The notes under the pieces were generated by a model. That model was not told the DNA's origin. It was given only the letters and a program-made list of their open reading frames with translations, and did not search any database. This document shows, piece after piece, positions 29,389 through 37,093 of a stretch of DNA of 37,179 nt (position 1 is the stretch's first letter; every line of letters begins with the position of its first letter). This DNA comes from Deinococcales bacterium (GTDB lineage: Bacteria; Deinococcota; Deinococci; Deinococcales; JAAFIG01). The position numbers and the translations under genes were made by a program. The stretch is from assembly GCA_043778225.1 (NCBI GenBank), contig JAYWGM010000023.1, forward strand, positions 1-37,179, in the 5' to 3' direction.

Positions 29389-30741
29389 TTACACATCAGT
29401 GCGGATATAGACCGTTTTTTCCTCGCTGTATGCCTCGAGTGCTTTTGGTCCAAGTTCTCGACCATAACCGCTTTGTTTCATGCCACCAAAAGGTGTGCTG
29501 TAACGCACACTCGAGTTCGAGTTGATTGATAAAACACCACTGTCTATCCCCCTTGCCATGCGAAGAGCGGTGGCGCTGTCCCTTGACCAAATGCTGCCGC
29601 TTAGACCATAAATTGTGCCGTTGGCAAGTTCAATCGCCTCGGCTTCACTCGAGAATGGCATAATCGCCGTCACAGGTCCAAAAATCTCTTGCTGCATGAT
29701 GCGGTCGGTGGCATAAGCTGGTTCGAGAACCCGAGGTGCAAACCAAAATCCTGCGCCACTTGGAGCGCTGCCTAAAATACTGACTTTTGCGCCTTCGATA
29801 AACTGCTCAACTCGAGTGCGGTGCTGGGCGGAAATCAGTGGACCCATGTCCACATCGCCACTTGGGTCGCCGACGCGGTAATTTTTAACGTGTGGCTCGA
29901 GGGCAGCCATAAAATCATCCAAGACATTTTTATGCACCAAAATCCTCGAGCGGGCGCAGCAATCCTGTCCAGAATTTTCAAAAACACTGCTCGGTACGCC
30001 AGCCGCCGCCGCTTCTATATCGGCATCTGCCATGATGATGCTGGCACTTTTACCGCCCAACTCGAGCGTCACCCGTTTGACCTGTAGGGCAGCCCTTGCG
30101 GCAATGTCTTTACCCACGCCCGTGCTGCCGGTAAAGGCAATTTTTGCCACATCTGGATGCTCGACCAATGCCCGACCAGCCTCGAGACCCGTGCCAACCA
30201 CGACATTTAAGACACCTTGGGGCAATCCAGCCTCGAGGACGATTTGCTCGAATAGGATAGCGGTTAATGGGGTCAGTTCGGCGGGTTTTAGCACACAGGT
30301 GTTACCAGCAGCCAAAGCTGGCGCAAGTTTCCAAGAAGCAATCAGCAACGGAAAATTCCACGGGGTAATTAAGCCGACCACGCCAATTGGCTCGAGAAAA
30401 GTCATGGCAATACCGCCAGCCACTGGAATGGTTGCCCCCATGTGGCGCTCGACTGCCCCAGCGTAGTAGCGAAAAACACTGGCGACCGTGCCGATTTCCC
30501 ATCTGGCGTTGCCAATCGGCTTACCACCATTTTTTGACTCGAGCAGGGACAGTTTCTCGAGGCTGGCTTCAATGTGGTTGGCGATGCTGTACAAAATTCT
30601 GGCGCGTTCGGCTGGGGCAACCTTGCGCCAACTTGGAAACGCACTTTTGGCGCGTTGCACGGCTGCATTCACATCAGCCGCCGTGGCGGCGGGGATTTGG
30701 GCAAGGATTTTTTCGGTGGCTGGCTCGAGAACGGTGATCAT
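29389..30741 (-). CDS. NAD(P)-dependent aldehyde dehydrogenase
   Basis: PWNFP, FTGS, LELGGKS, GQDCC, EIFGP, PFGGMKQSG; TAGAAT-N8-ATG. Confidence 0.95.
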   Translation of the reverse strand: MITVLEPATEKILAQIPAATAADVNAAVQRAKSAFPSWRKVAPAERARILYSIANHIEASLEKLSLLESKNGGKPIGNARWEIGTVASVFRYYAGAVERHMGATIPVAGGIAMTFLEPIGVVGLITPWNFPLLIASWKLAPALAAGNTCVLKPAELTPLTAILFEQIVLEAGLPQGVLNVVVGTGLEAGRALVEHPDVAKIAFTGSTGVGKDIAARAALQVKRVTLELGGKSASIIMADADIEAAAAGVPSSVFENSGQDCCARSRILVHKNVLDDFMAALEPHVKNYRVGDPSGDVDMGPLISAQHRTRVEQFIEGAKVSILGSAPSGAGFWFAPRVLEPAYATDRIMQQEIFGPVTAIMPFSSEAEAIELANGTIYGLSGSIWSRDSATALRMARGIDSGVLSINSNSSVRYSTPFGGMKQSGYGRELGPKALEAYSEEKTVYIRTDV

Positions 30742-30757
30742 TGACGGTTATTCTAAA

Positions 30758-32284
30758 TTATTTAATTTCCCATGTGTTGATAAACTCGTCGCCTCGAGCT
30801 TTATAGCTGTAGCCACTCGAGATAGCGTGAATCACATTTTCGTAATGCAGTGGAATCCAAAAAATATCGTTTTGCAAAATTTGGCGCATCGCTTGACTGA
30901 CTAATCTATTGCGCTCGAGTGGATTAAAGTTGCTGGCGGCTGCCAGAATCAGTTTGTCCACTTCTTTGTTGCAGTACCCCGCCCGGTTAAGCGAACCAAA
31001 ACCTTCGGCTGCATTTTTGCACATCGCTTGGGAAACCAAGGTGTTGACCAAATCGCTCGAAGCCCACCCACTGATATAAGCGCTAAATTCGCCACGGTCT
31101 AACTGCGGAAAAAGCACCGTGCGACTGATGGCATTGACTTTGGTTTTGATGCCGATTTTCTCGAGCATTGCGCCAACCGCTTGGGCAATCAGGCTGTCGT
31201 TCTGGTAACGATCGTTGGTGGCATCAAGGCGCAGCCCAAAACCATTGGGGTAGCCGCTTTCGGTCAGTAGCGCCTTTGCTTTCTCGAGGTTGTAGTTTGG
31301 GTTTTTGATACCACGGTCAAAGCCAGCCACATTTGGAGCAACAAATTGTGTGGCTGGGGTGGCATAACCGCCCATGATGCTTTTGACAATTAAATTTTTA
31401 TCGATGGCTCGAGCCACAGCTTCGCGCACTTTGAGATTGCTAAAAGGATTATTGTTTGCGCCAGTCACGGCGGGGCTACTCTGCGGGCTGCGAAGATCCA
31501 TGACCAAATAAATCACACGGTTGCTAGGGGCTTGGGTCACTTCGTAAGCCTTGTTGCTCGAGATACGCGCCACATCTTGCGGTGCAATTTTTTCGATTAG
31601 CTGCACCTGATTAGAAATTAAGGCTGCCACTCGAGCCGCCGGATTAGGGATGTTTTGTAACCGAACCCGCTTTTGACTCGGCACGCCGCCCCAATAGTTG
31701 GCGTTTGCCTCAAGCAATAAGTTATCGCCCGACAGCCAAGAAACAAATTTATACGCCCCCGAGCCAATTGGTTTTTCTGCCCAAGCTGGATTATTCTCGA
31801 CTTGCTTTTTTGAAACCACCAAAATCCCGACCATTTTATTTGGCAGCAGTGGGTCTGGGCGTTCGGTGATGACCTCGAGCGTAAAGTCGCCAATCGCTTT
31901 CAGGCTTTTGATGCTCGAGACACTGCTTCTAAAAGTGCTTTTTGGCTCGTTTTGGGCGCGGTTAATGCTAAAAATCACATCGGCAGCGGTCAGGCTCGAG
32001 CCATCATGAAATTTGGCATCGCGGCGCAGAATAAAAGTCCATTTGTTTGTGCCTTGAGCCGTCCAAAGCTGGGCTATGCCAGCTTGGATTCGTCCGTTGG
32101 AATCGGTTTTTGTAATCGAATCAAAAATATGTTGCTGCCAATTGATTGTGGTGGTCTCGAGTCGTAAAATCGGGTCAAGGGTTGTGGCTGCGCCCTGAAA
32201 ACCGACGGTAAACAAAGGTGTCTGCGCTTGGGCAACCAAGCCAATCACTACAAAAACTGCCAGCGCCATCAAGTATCGTTTCAC
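30758..32284 (-). CDS. Family 5 (DppA/OppA-like) ABC substrate-binding protein, orphan
   Basis: LDP, KFHDG..TAADV.FS, PIGSGAYKF, KVREAVARAIDK. Confidence 0.92.
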   Translation of the reverse strand: MKRYLMALAVFVVIGLVAQAQTPLFTVGFQGAATTLDPILRLETTTINWQQHIFDSITKTDSNGRIQAGIAQLWTAQGTNKWTFILRRDAKFHDGSSLTAADVIFSINRAQNEPKSTFRSSVSSIKSLKAIGDFTLEVITERPDPLLPNKMVGILVVSKKQVENNPAWAEKPIGSGAYKFVSWLSGDNLLLEANANYWGGVPSQKRVRLQNIPNPAARVAALISNQVQLIEKIAPQDVARISSNKAYEVTQAPSNRVIYLVMDLRSPQSSPAVTGANNNPFSNLKVREAVARAIDKNLIVKSIMGGYATPATQFVAPNVAGFDRGIKNPNYNLEKAKALLTESGYPNGFGLRLDATNDRYQNDSLIAQAVGAMLEKIGIKTKVNAISRTVLFPQLDRGEFSAYISGWASSDLVNTLVSQAMCKNAAEGFGSLNRAGYCNKEVDKLILAAASNFNPLERNRLVSQAMRQILQNDIFWIPLHYENVIHAISSGYSYKARGDEFINTWEIK

Positions 32285-32335
32285 GAGCGCGAAGTATGCG
32301 CCACTTTGCGGCTGAATTCAAGTCCAAAAAAGGAC

Positions 32336-32381
32336 TTTCTCCCTTTTTGCCTTTTCACTTTTTCCCCTGCCTTTTTTGCCC
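32336..32381. repeat. Degenerate pyrimidine octamer array
   Basis: TTTCTCCC TTTTTGCC TTTTCACT TTTTCCCC ... TTTTTGCCC. Confidence 0.5.
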
Positions 32382-32433
32382 AGTGTGCAAGCGCCACAAA
32401 ACAGGCTATACTATCCGCCACACCTCGGAGGTG

Positions 32434-33108
32434 ATGACAGTAGCTAAAGACCACAAAATCAACGATCAAATTCGTGTTCGTCAGGTACGTTTAATTGATG
32501 ACGAAGGCGGACAGATCGGTATTATTGACACTCGAGACGCGATGAAAATGGCGACCGAGAAGAATCTGGATTTGGTGATGGTTTCGCCAAATACTGTGCC
32601 GCCCGTCTGCCGTTTGCTCGATTATGGCAAATTTAGGTTTGAGGCACAGCAACAGGAAAAAGAGGCACGCAAGCGAGCCAGAAACCAAGAAGTCAAGTCT
32701 ATTAAACTGCGCGTTAAAATTGGCGATGGCGATTTTGACACCAAGCTCAATCATGTCAAGCGCTTTTTGAAGGATGGACACAAAGTTAAAATTACGATCA
32801 TGTTCCGTGGTCGTGAACGCACCCACCCAGAATTGGGCGAGCGCTTGTTGACTCGAGCCGCCGAAACGCTTGGTGATTATGCCTTGATCGAAAGCCCGCC
32901 GTTGCTGGCTGGCATGGACATGAACATGATGGTTGCGCCAACCCCCAAAGCCGCGACCATGAAGCTCAAAGCCTCAGATGCGCCACCCCCTGAAGATGAT
33001 GACGACAACGATGACGATAGCCCCGAAGCCGAGGCACAAGAAGCCGAAGCCATTGTGCCAGAAACCGTTGTGCCAGAAACTCCAGAAACAGCCCCTCAAA
33101 GCGCTTAG
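32434..33108 (+). CDS. infC: Translation initiation factor IF-3 with acidic C-terminal tail
   Basis: INDQIRVRQVRLI, LDLVMV..PPVCRLLDYGKF, MFRGRE; true start may be GTA 32440. Confidence 0.96.
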   Translation: MTVAKDHKINDQIRVRQVRLIDDEGGQIGIIDTRDAMKMATEKNLDLVMVSPNTVPPVCRLLDYGKFRFEAQQQEKEARKRARNQEVKSIKLRVKIGDGDFDTKLNHVKRFLKDGHKVKITIMFRGRERTHPELGERLLTRAAETLGDYALIESPPLLAGMDMNMMVAPTPKAATMKLKASDAPPPEDDDDNDDDSPEAEAQEAEAIVPETVVPETPETAPQSA

Positions 33109-33119
33109 AAATAGCCCAT

Positions 33120-33147
33120 AAAACGCGCCTTGTGTGGGCGCGTTTTT
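33120..33147. terminator. Bidirectional terminator between infC and pgeF
   Basis: AAAACGCGCCT...GGGCGCGTTTT. Confidence 0.8.
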
Positions 33148-33901
33148 ACTTTTGGCAGATTAAATTCCACATTCGCCCTGTTTGACCATGGTCGCGGCGG
33201 TACGAAAAATAGTCGGTTGCGGTGCTGCATTGCTCGCTTGACCAAATCTGTGGCGGCGGTACTCCCAAGGACTCGAGCAACCACCGATTGGCACTGGCAA
33301 GGTCTAAATGAAATAACCTCGAGCCACTGTCAGAAATGCCTTCTTCTTCTATCAAACGGTTGGTCGGAAAGCCAGCCTCGATAAACTGCTCGAGAACATC
33401 CATCCGTACTGGGTATTGCCCAGCACAGATTCCAGGTCCAATCGCAACCCGCAGATGTTCTGGCTTTGCACCAAGCTGCATCATCTCGAGGATTGTTTTC
33501 TCGAGAATCCGCGTGGCTGTGCCACGCCAACCGCAATGCGCCGCCGCAATCACCCCCGCTTGTCTGTCCTCGAGCAGCACGGGGTAGCAGTCGGCAGTCT
33601 CGATCACCAAGGCAATGTTTTTTTGGTCAGTCACCAGTGCGTCGGCAGCGATTGGTTCGGAGGCTGCCAAAACCGAATCAGCCTGAACCACCAGACTTGA
33701 GTGAATTTGGCGCAACAATGCCACCGAAGCATTTTCTAAACCAAGTGCCGAAAGTGCCAAAGCACGATTCTCGAGAACATGGTTTATTTGGTCGCCAACA
33801 CGATTCGAGAGGTTTAAGCTACTGTACGCCCCAAGGCTTTTTCCGCCATCGCGCTGGCTAAAACCATGGGTGTTCTCGAGGTGGGGACTTTGCAGCCACA
33901 T
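33146..33901 (-). CDS. pgeF: Peptidoglycan editing factor / purine nucleoside phosphorylase (YfiH)
   Basis: HGFSQR.GG.S, QIHS, TADCYPV, AHCGWRG, IGPGI, FSYRR; TAGACT-N6-ATG. Confidence 0.92.
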   Translation of the reverse strand: MWLQSPHLENTHGFSQRDGGKSLGAYSSLNLSNRVGDQINHVLENRALALSALGLENASVALLRQIHSSLVVQADSVLAASEPIAADALVTDQKNIALVIETADCYPVLLEDRQAGVIAAAHCGWRGTATRILEKTILEMMQLGAKPEHLRVAIGPGICAGQYPVRMDVLEQFIEAGFPTNRLIEEEGISDSGSRLFHLDLASANRWLLESLGVPPPQIWSSEQCSTATDYFSYRRDHGQTGRMWNLICQK

Positions 33902-34081
33902 AAGCGCAGTCTAACTCGAGTTTTAGATTTGGCTCTCAGATGACTTGCTTTTTATGTGATTGACAAGTATTTTAGACTTTATGTTTGCAAGCCGTGTGAA
34001 AAATAGCCATCGTTGGTCGCTTAGTTCTGCTAGACTGGGTGCAATGCCTAGTCTAATGATACCAACATGGAGGGGAGAGCC

Positions 34082-35800
34082 ATGACCGAAGTGCAAATCT
34101 CGCCGTTAGCTAAACGACTCGCCGAGGAGAACTCGATTGATTGGCGTAAAATACGGGGTACAGGACCTGAAGGTCGAGTCATTGAACGCGACATCCTGAC
34201 GTATTTAGCCCGAATCATGTCTGGTGAAGCCGATTTACCCGCCGAGCCAGATAAGTCTGAGCCAGCCGGTCCCTCGAGTATGCCAGCCGCCGTACCGGGC
34301 AATGTCGCTAATTTTGCGGCTGCCAGTGCTGGGCTTGCCAAAGAAGGGGTGGATTTAAGTGCTTTAATCGGTGGTTTCCCCGCCGTGGCAGCCACTTCTA
34401 TTTATCAGACCCCACCGCCACCTTTGGATTTTGGTTCGCTCGAGCTAAGTGCGCCCGAAGTTCCTGTGGTTGCTCCGCCTGTGGTTGTTTCACCTCTGGT
34501 CAGTCGCAGCTTTAGCGAAGAACCAGTTTTTGAAATAGATTTTGACGACTTAACCGATGATGAGCCAGAAATTGTTTTTGAGAACCCAACAGTCGAAGCG
34601 GTCATTCCAGAGCCAGCGTGGACAGCCCCAGAACCAGTTGTGCCAGCATGGACAGCCCCAGAGCCAGTCATACCAGCATGGACAGCCCCAGTCATCCCAG
34701 AGCCAGTGATTCCAGAACCAATTGTGCCAGCGTGGACAGCGCCCATGATTCCAGAACCAGTTGTGCCAGCCTGGACTGCCCCTGAACCTGCTGTTCTCGA
34801 GCCAGTTGTGCCAGCATGGACTGCGCCAGTAATCCCTGAGCCAGTTATGCCAGCATGGACTGCGCCAGAACCAGTGGTTGTTCCTGAGCCAGTTTGGACT
34901 CCTGCTGCAAAAATTGAGCCAGCCCTGCCGGTCTGGACAGCCCCGGTTATCCCTCAACCCGTTATTGTTCCCGAACCAGTCTGGATAATGCCAGAAGCCG
35001 CCACACCCGAGCCAGTTCTGCCAGCTATTCCAGTTTGGACAATGCCAGAACCTGTGGCTGTGCCAGAACCTATTTTTGTGCCAGTCCCAGAACATGTGGT
35101 TATGCCAGCCCCCATTCTCGAGCCAGTTATCCCAGAGTCAGTATTTGTTGCACCAGAGCCAGTATTTGTTGCCCCAGAGCCAACTTTTGTTGCACCACCC
35201 GCTTTTGAACCTGTGGTTGTGCCAGTCCCAGAACCTGTGGTTGTGCCAGAAGAATTTGCGCCAATCGCAGTGGTCGTTGCTCCTTTGGCTGCTCCCTCGA
35301 GTTTTAGTATGCCAAGTTCAGGTGTGCTGAACGACTTCTTCCAATTGTTTGTGGCTCGTCGAGAATTTAACCCGCAGCCACTCGAGGCTATTCGCGGGCA
35401 GCTTTCGCTCAGCCTCAACAACCGTGAAATTCCAAGCGAACTCTTTTTGGCTCGAGCCGTTGGACGAGCGCTGCATTTGCTTGAGACTGAACAATTTACC
35501 CTTGCTCGACTCGAGTCCAGTGGTTTACAAGCCTATCAAGTGGTTGGTTTCCAACATGGCTTCCTCGAAGCCTTGCAAGGTCTTTCTCGAGCCACCCAAG
35601 GAACAGCCAATGGATTACTGGTCGTGGATGCCTCGAGACTGGGCGTGGACGATTTGGTCTTGCCAAATGCCTTGGGTGTGCTTGCCCTTGGTCGCCACGG
35701 CAAGCTGACTTTATCGGGCAACTTGCCACCATTACAAAGCACCGAATTTTTGCATAAAGTGGCTGAACTGCTCGAGAATCCGGTTGGGCTGGTGGTTTAA
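34082..35800 (+). CDS. E3-binding (PSBD) domain protein with Pro/Val/Glu-rich repeats
   Basis: ISPLAKRLAEENSID...GTGPEGRVIERDI; central PEPVVPAWTA repeats; SD GGAGG. Confidence 0.85.
   Translation: MTEVQISPLAKRLAEENSIDWRKIRGTGPEGRVIERDILTYLARIMSGEADLPAEPDKSEPAGPSSMPAAVPGNVANFAAASAGLAKEGVDLSALIGGFPAVAATSIYQTPPPPLDFGSLELSAPEVPVVAPPVVVSPLVSRSFSEEPVFEIDFDDLTDDEPEIVFENPTVEAVIPEPAWTAPEPVVPAWTAPEPVIPAWTAPVIPEPVIPEPIVPAWTAPMIPEPVVPAWTAPEPAVLEPVVPAWTAPVIPEPVMPAWTAPEPVVVPEPVWTPAAKIEPALPVWTAPVIPQPVIVPEPVWIMPEAATPEPVLPAIPVWTMPEPVAVPEPIFVPVPEHVVMPAPILEPVIPESVFVAPEPVFVAPEPTFVAPPAFEPVVVPVPEPVVVPEEFAPIAVVVAPLAAPSSFSMPSSGVLNDFFQLFVARREFNPQPLEAIRGQLSLSLNNREIPSELFLARAVGRALHLLETEQFTLARLESSGLQAYQVVGFQHGFLEALQGLSRATQGTANGLLVVDASRLGVDDLVLPNALGVLALGRHGKLTLSGNLPPLQSTEFLHKVAELLENPVGLVV
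34600..35270 (+). repeat. Coding tandem repeats (about 30 bp; PEPV(V/I)PAWTA, then PEPVFVA)
   Basis: Visible in both DNA and protein. Confidence 0.9.
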
Positions 35801-35815
35801 GAAGGAAGAAAAATT

Positions 35816-35850
35816 AAAAGAGGGAAAGCAAGTTGCTTTTCCTCTTTTTT
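35816..35850 (+). terminator. Intrinsic terminator
   Basis: AAAAGAGGGAAAGCAA-G-TTGCTTTTCCTC then TTTTTT. Confidence 0.85.
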
Positions 35851-35915
35851 GTTAAGCGCAATGGCTTAACTAACTTAAAGCAATCTTTCATTTCTCTTTG
35901 CTCTATAATACCTCA

Positions 35916-36656
35916 GTGAGTCGTTACCGTACCCGAAGTGGCATTGTGCTGCGCCGCAAAGCCACCCCAACTGGTGATGTGGTGCTGTCTCTCCTGACTC
36001 CAGAAGGGAAGTTGCGCGGTGTGGCTCGAGCCGGGGCTAAAAATGGTTTGGCGGCGAAAGTTAATCTGTTTCATCATTTGACCGTCCAAGTTTATTTGCG
36101 CCCGGGCAACGACATGGCGCTGCTTTCAGAAATTATTCTCGAGGGCGCACTCGAGCGACTGACCCAGCCCGAGGTTTACCCATACGCCCACTGGTTAGCC
36201 GAACTTGCCGATAAAATGTACCAAGAAGACGACCACGTTGGGCAAGCTGGCTTTGAACTGGTCAGTGGCGGACTGCGCGGCTTAGCGCGGCACGAAGACC
36301 CCAACCGTGTGGCACTGGTGATGGCATGGAAACTACTTGGGGCGCACGGACTTTACCCCAGAGTCTCGAGTTGCCCAGACACAGGACAAACCGATTGTGT
36401 GCGTTTTGATGTGCAGCGCGGCAGCGTCAGCGCCCAATCTGGGTTGCACATCGGCGAAGATGCGATTTGGGAACTGCGCCGTATTCAAGCCGAAACAGTG
36501 CGCGAAATTTTGCTCGAGCCACTGGAAAGCAGCACCCGTCAAGCCCTTTGGCGGATTCTCGAGCCATATATTGGAACGCACGTTGGCAGTATGCAGGCGT
36601 GGGCAGCCATGAAAGAGCAGTTTGAAGGTAAGAAGCTCGAGTTGGTTAGTCAATAA
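35916..36656 (+). CDS. recO: DNA repair protein RecO
   Basis: GIVLRR...GDVVLSLLTPEGKLRGVAR..NLFHH OB-fold; TATAAT-N6-GTG. Confidence 0.9.
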   Translation: MSRYRTRSGIVLRRKATPTGDVVLSLLTPEGKLRGVARAGAKNGLAAKVNLFHHLTVQVYLRPGNDMALLSEIILEGALERLTQPEVYPYAHWLAELADKMYQEDDHVGQAGFELVSGGLRGLARHEDPNRVALVMAWKLLGAHGLYPRVSSCPDTGQTDCVRFDVQRGSVSAQSGLHIGEDAIWELRRIQAETVREILLEPLESSTRQALWRILEPYIGTHVGSMQAWAAMKEQFEGKKLELVSQ

Positions 36657-36677
36657 CTTCTGATTTACACTCGAGCC

Positions 36678-36893
36678 ATGCCCCAAGTTTTAGAAGCCTT
36701 AATCGAAACAAATGGCGAAATTCGCTTACTCGAGCCGATAAAGCTCAGTCACAAACAACGCGCTTTGGTTACAATTCTGGACGAATCCCAACCTCGAGTA
36801 CGTTCAAAGTACGCGGGGGCATTCGCCAGTGGTCAGACTGATACATCGGCTCGAGTGGATGAAGTGCTGGAAGAACTTGGTTTTGCCCAATGA
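36678..36893 (+). CDS. Putative antitoxin (AF2212/DUF104-like)
   Basis: 71 aa; LEALIETNGEIRLLEPIKL..LVTI beta motif; ATGA-coupled to the PIN gene. Confidence 0.7.
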   Translation: MPQVLEALIETNGEIRLLEPIKLSHKQRALVTILDESQPRVRSKYAGAFASGQTDTSARVDEVLEELGFAQ

Positions 36894-37093
36894 TTGTACT
36901 GGATACAAGTGCAGTGTACGCATTTTATGACCGTGATGATGTCTGGCATGGTGCAGTTAAAAGGCTTTTTGACGATGAACTTGGACTGCTGATTATGCCA
37001 GCTTCAATTATTCCAGAACTCGATTACTTGCTTGGTAAACGTCTAGGGCAACTGGCACGAAGTGCGTTTCTCGAAGATCTTATACCAAATTGA
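36890..37093 (+). pseudogene. vapC: PIN-domain (VapC-like) toxin, truncated
   Basis: IVLDTSA..D..H..E N-terminal half only; stop after 67 aa. Confidence 0.75.

Noticed and set aside
33108..33146. Absence of rpmI-rplT after infC
   Set aside because: To my recollection infC is separate from rpmI-rplT in Deinococcus too; weak novelty
34405..35421. Antisense ORFs rich in Trp/His/Asn or Gly/Thr repeats
   Set aside because: Shadow frames of the Pro-rich repeat on the plus strand
355..36860. CTCGAG excess as an XhoI cloning or concatemer artefact
   Set aside because: Conserved genes read intact through the sites in all frames, so the sites are native
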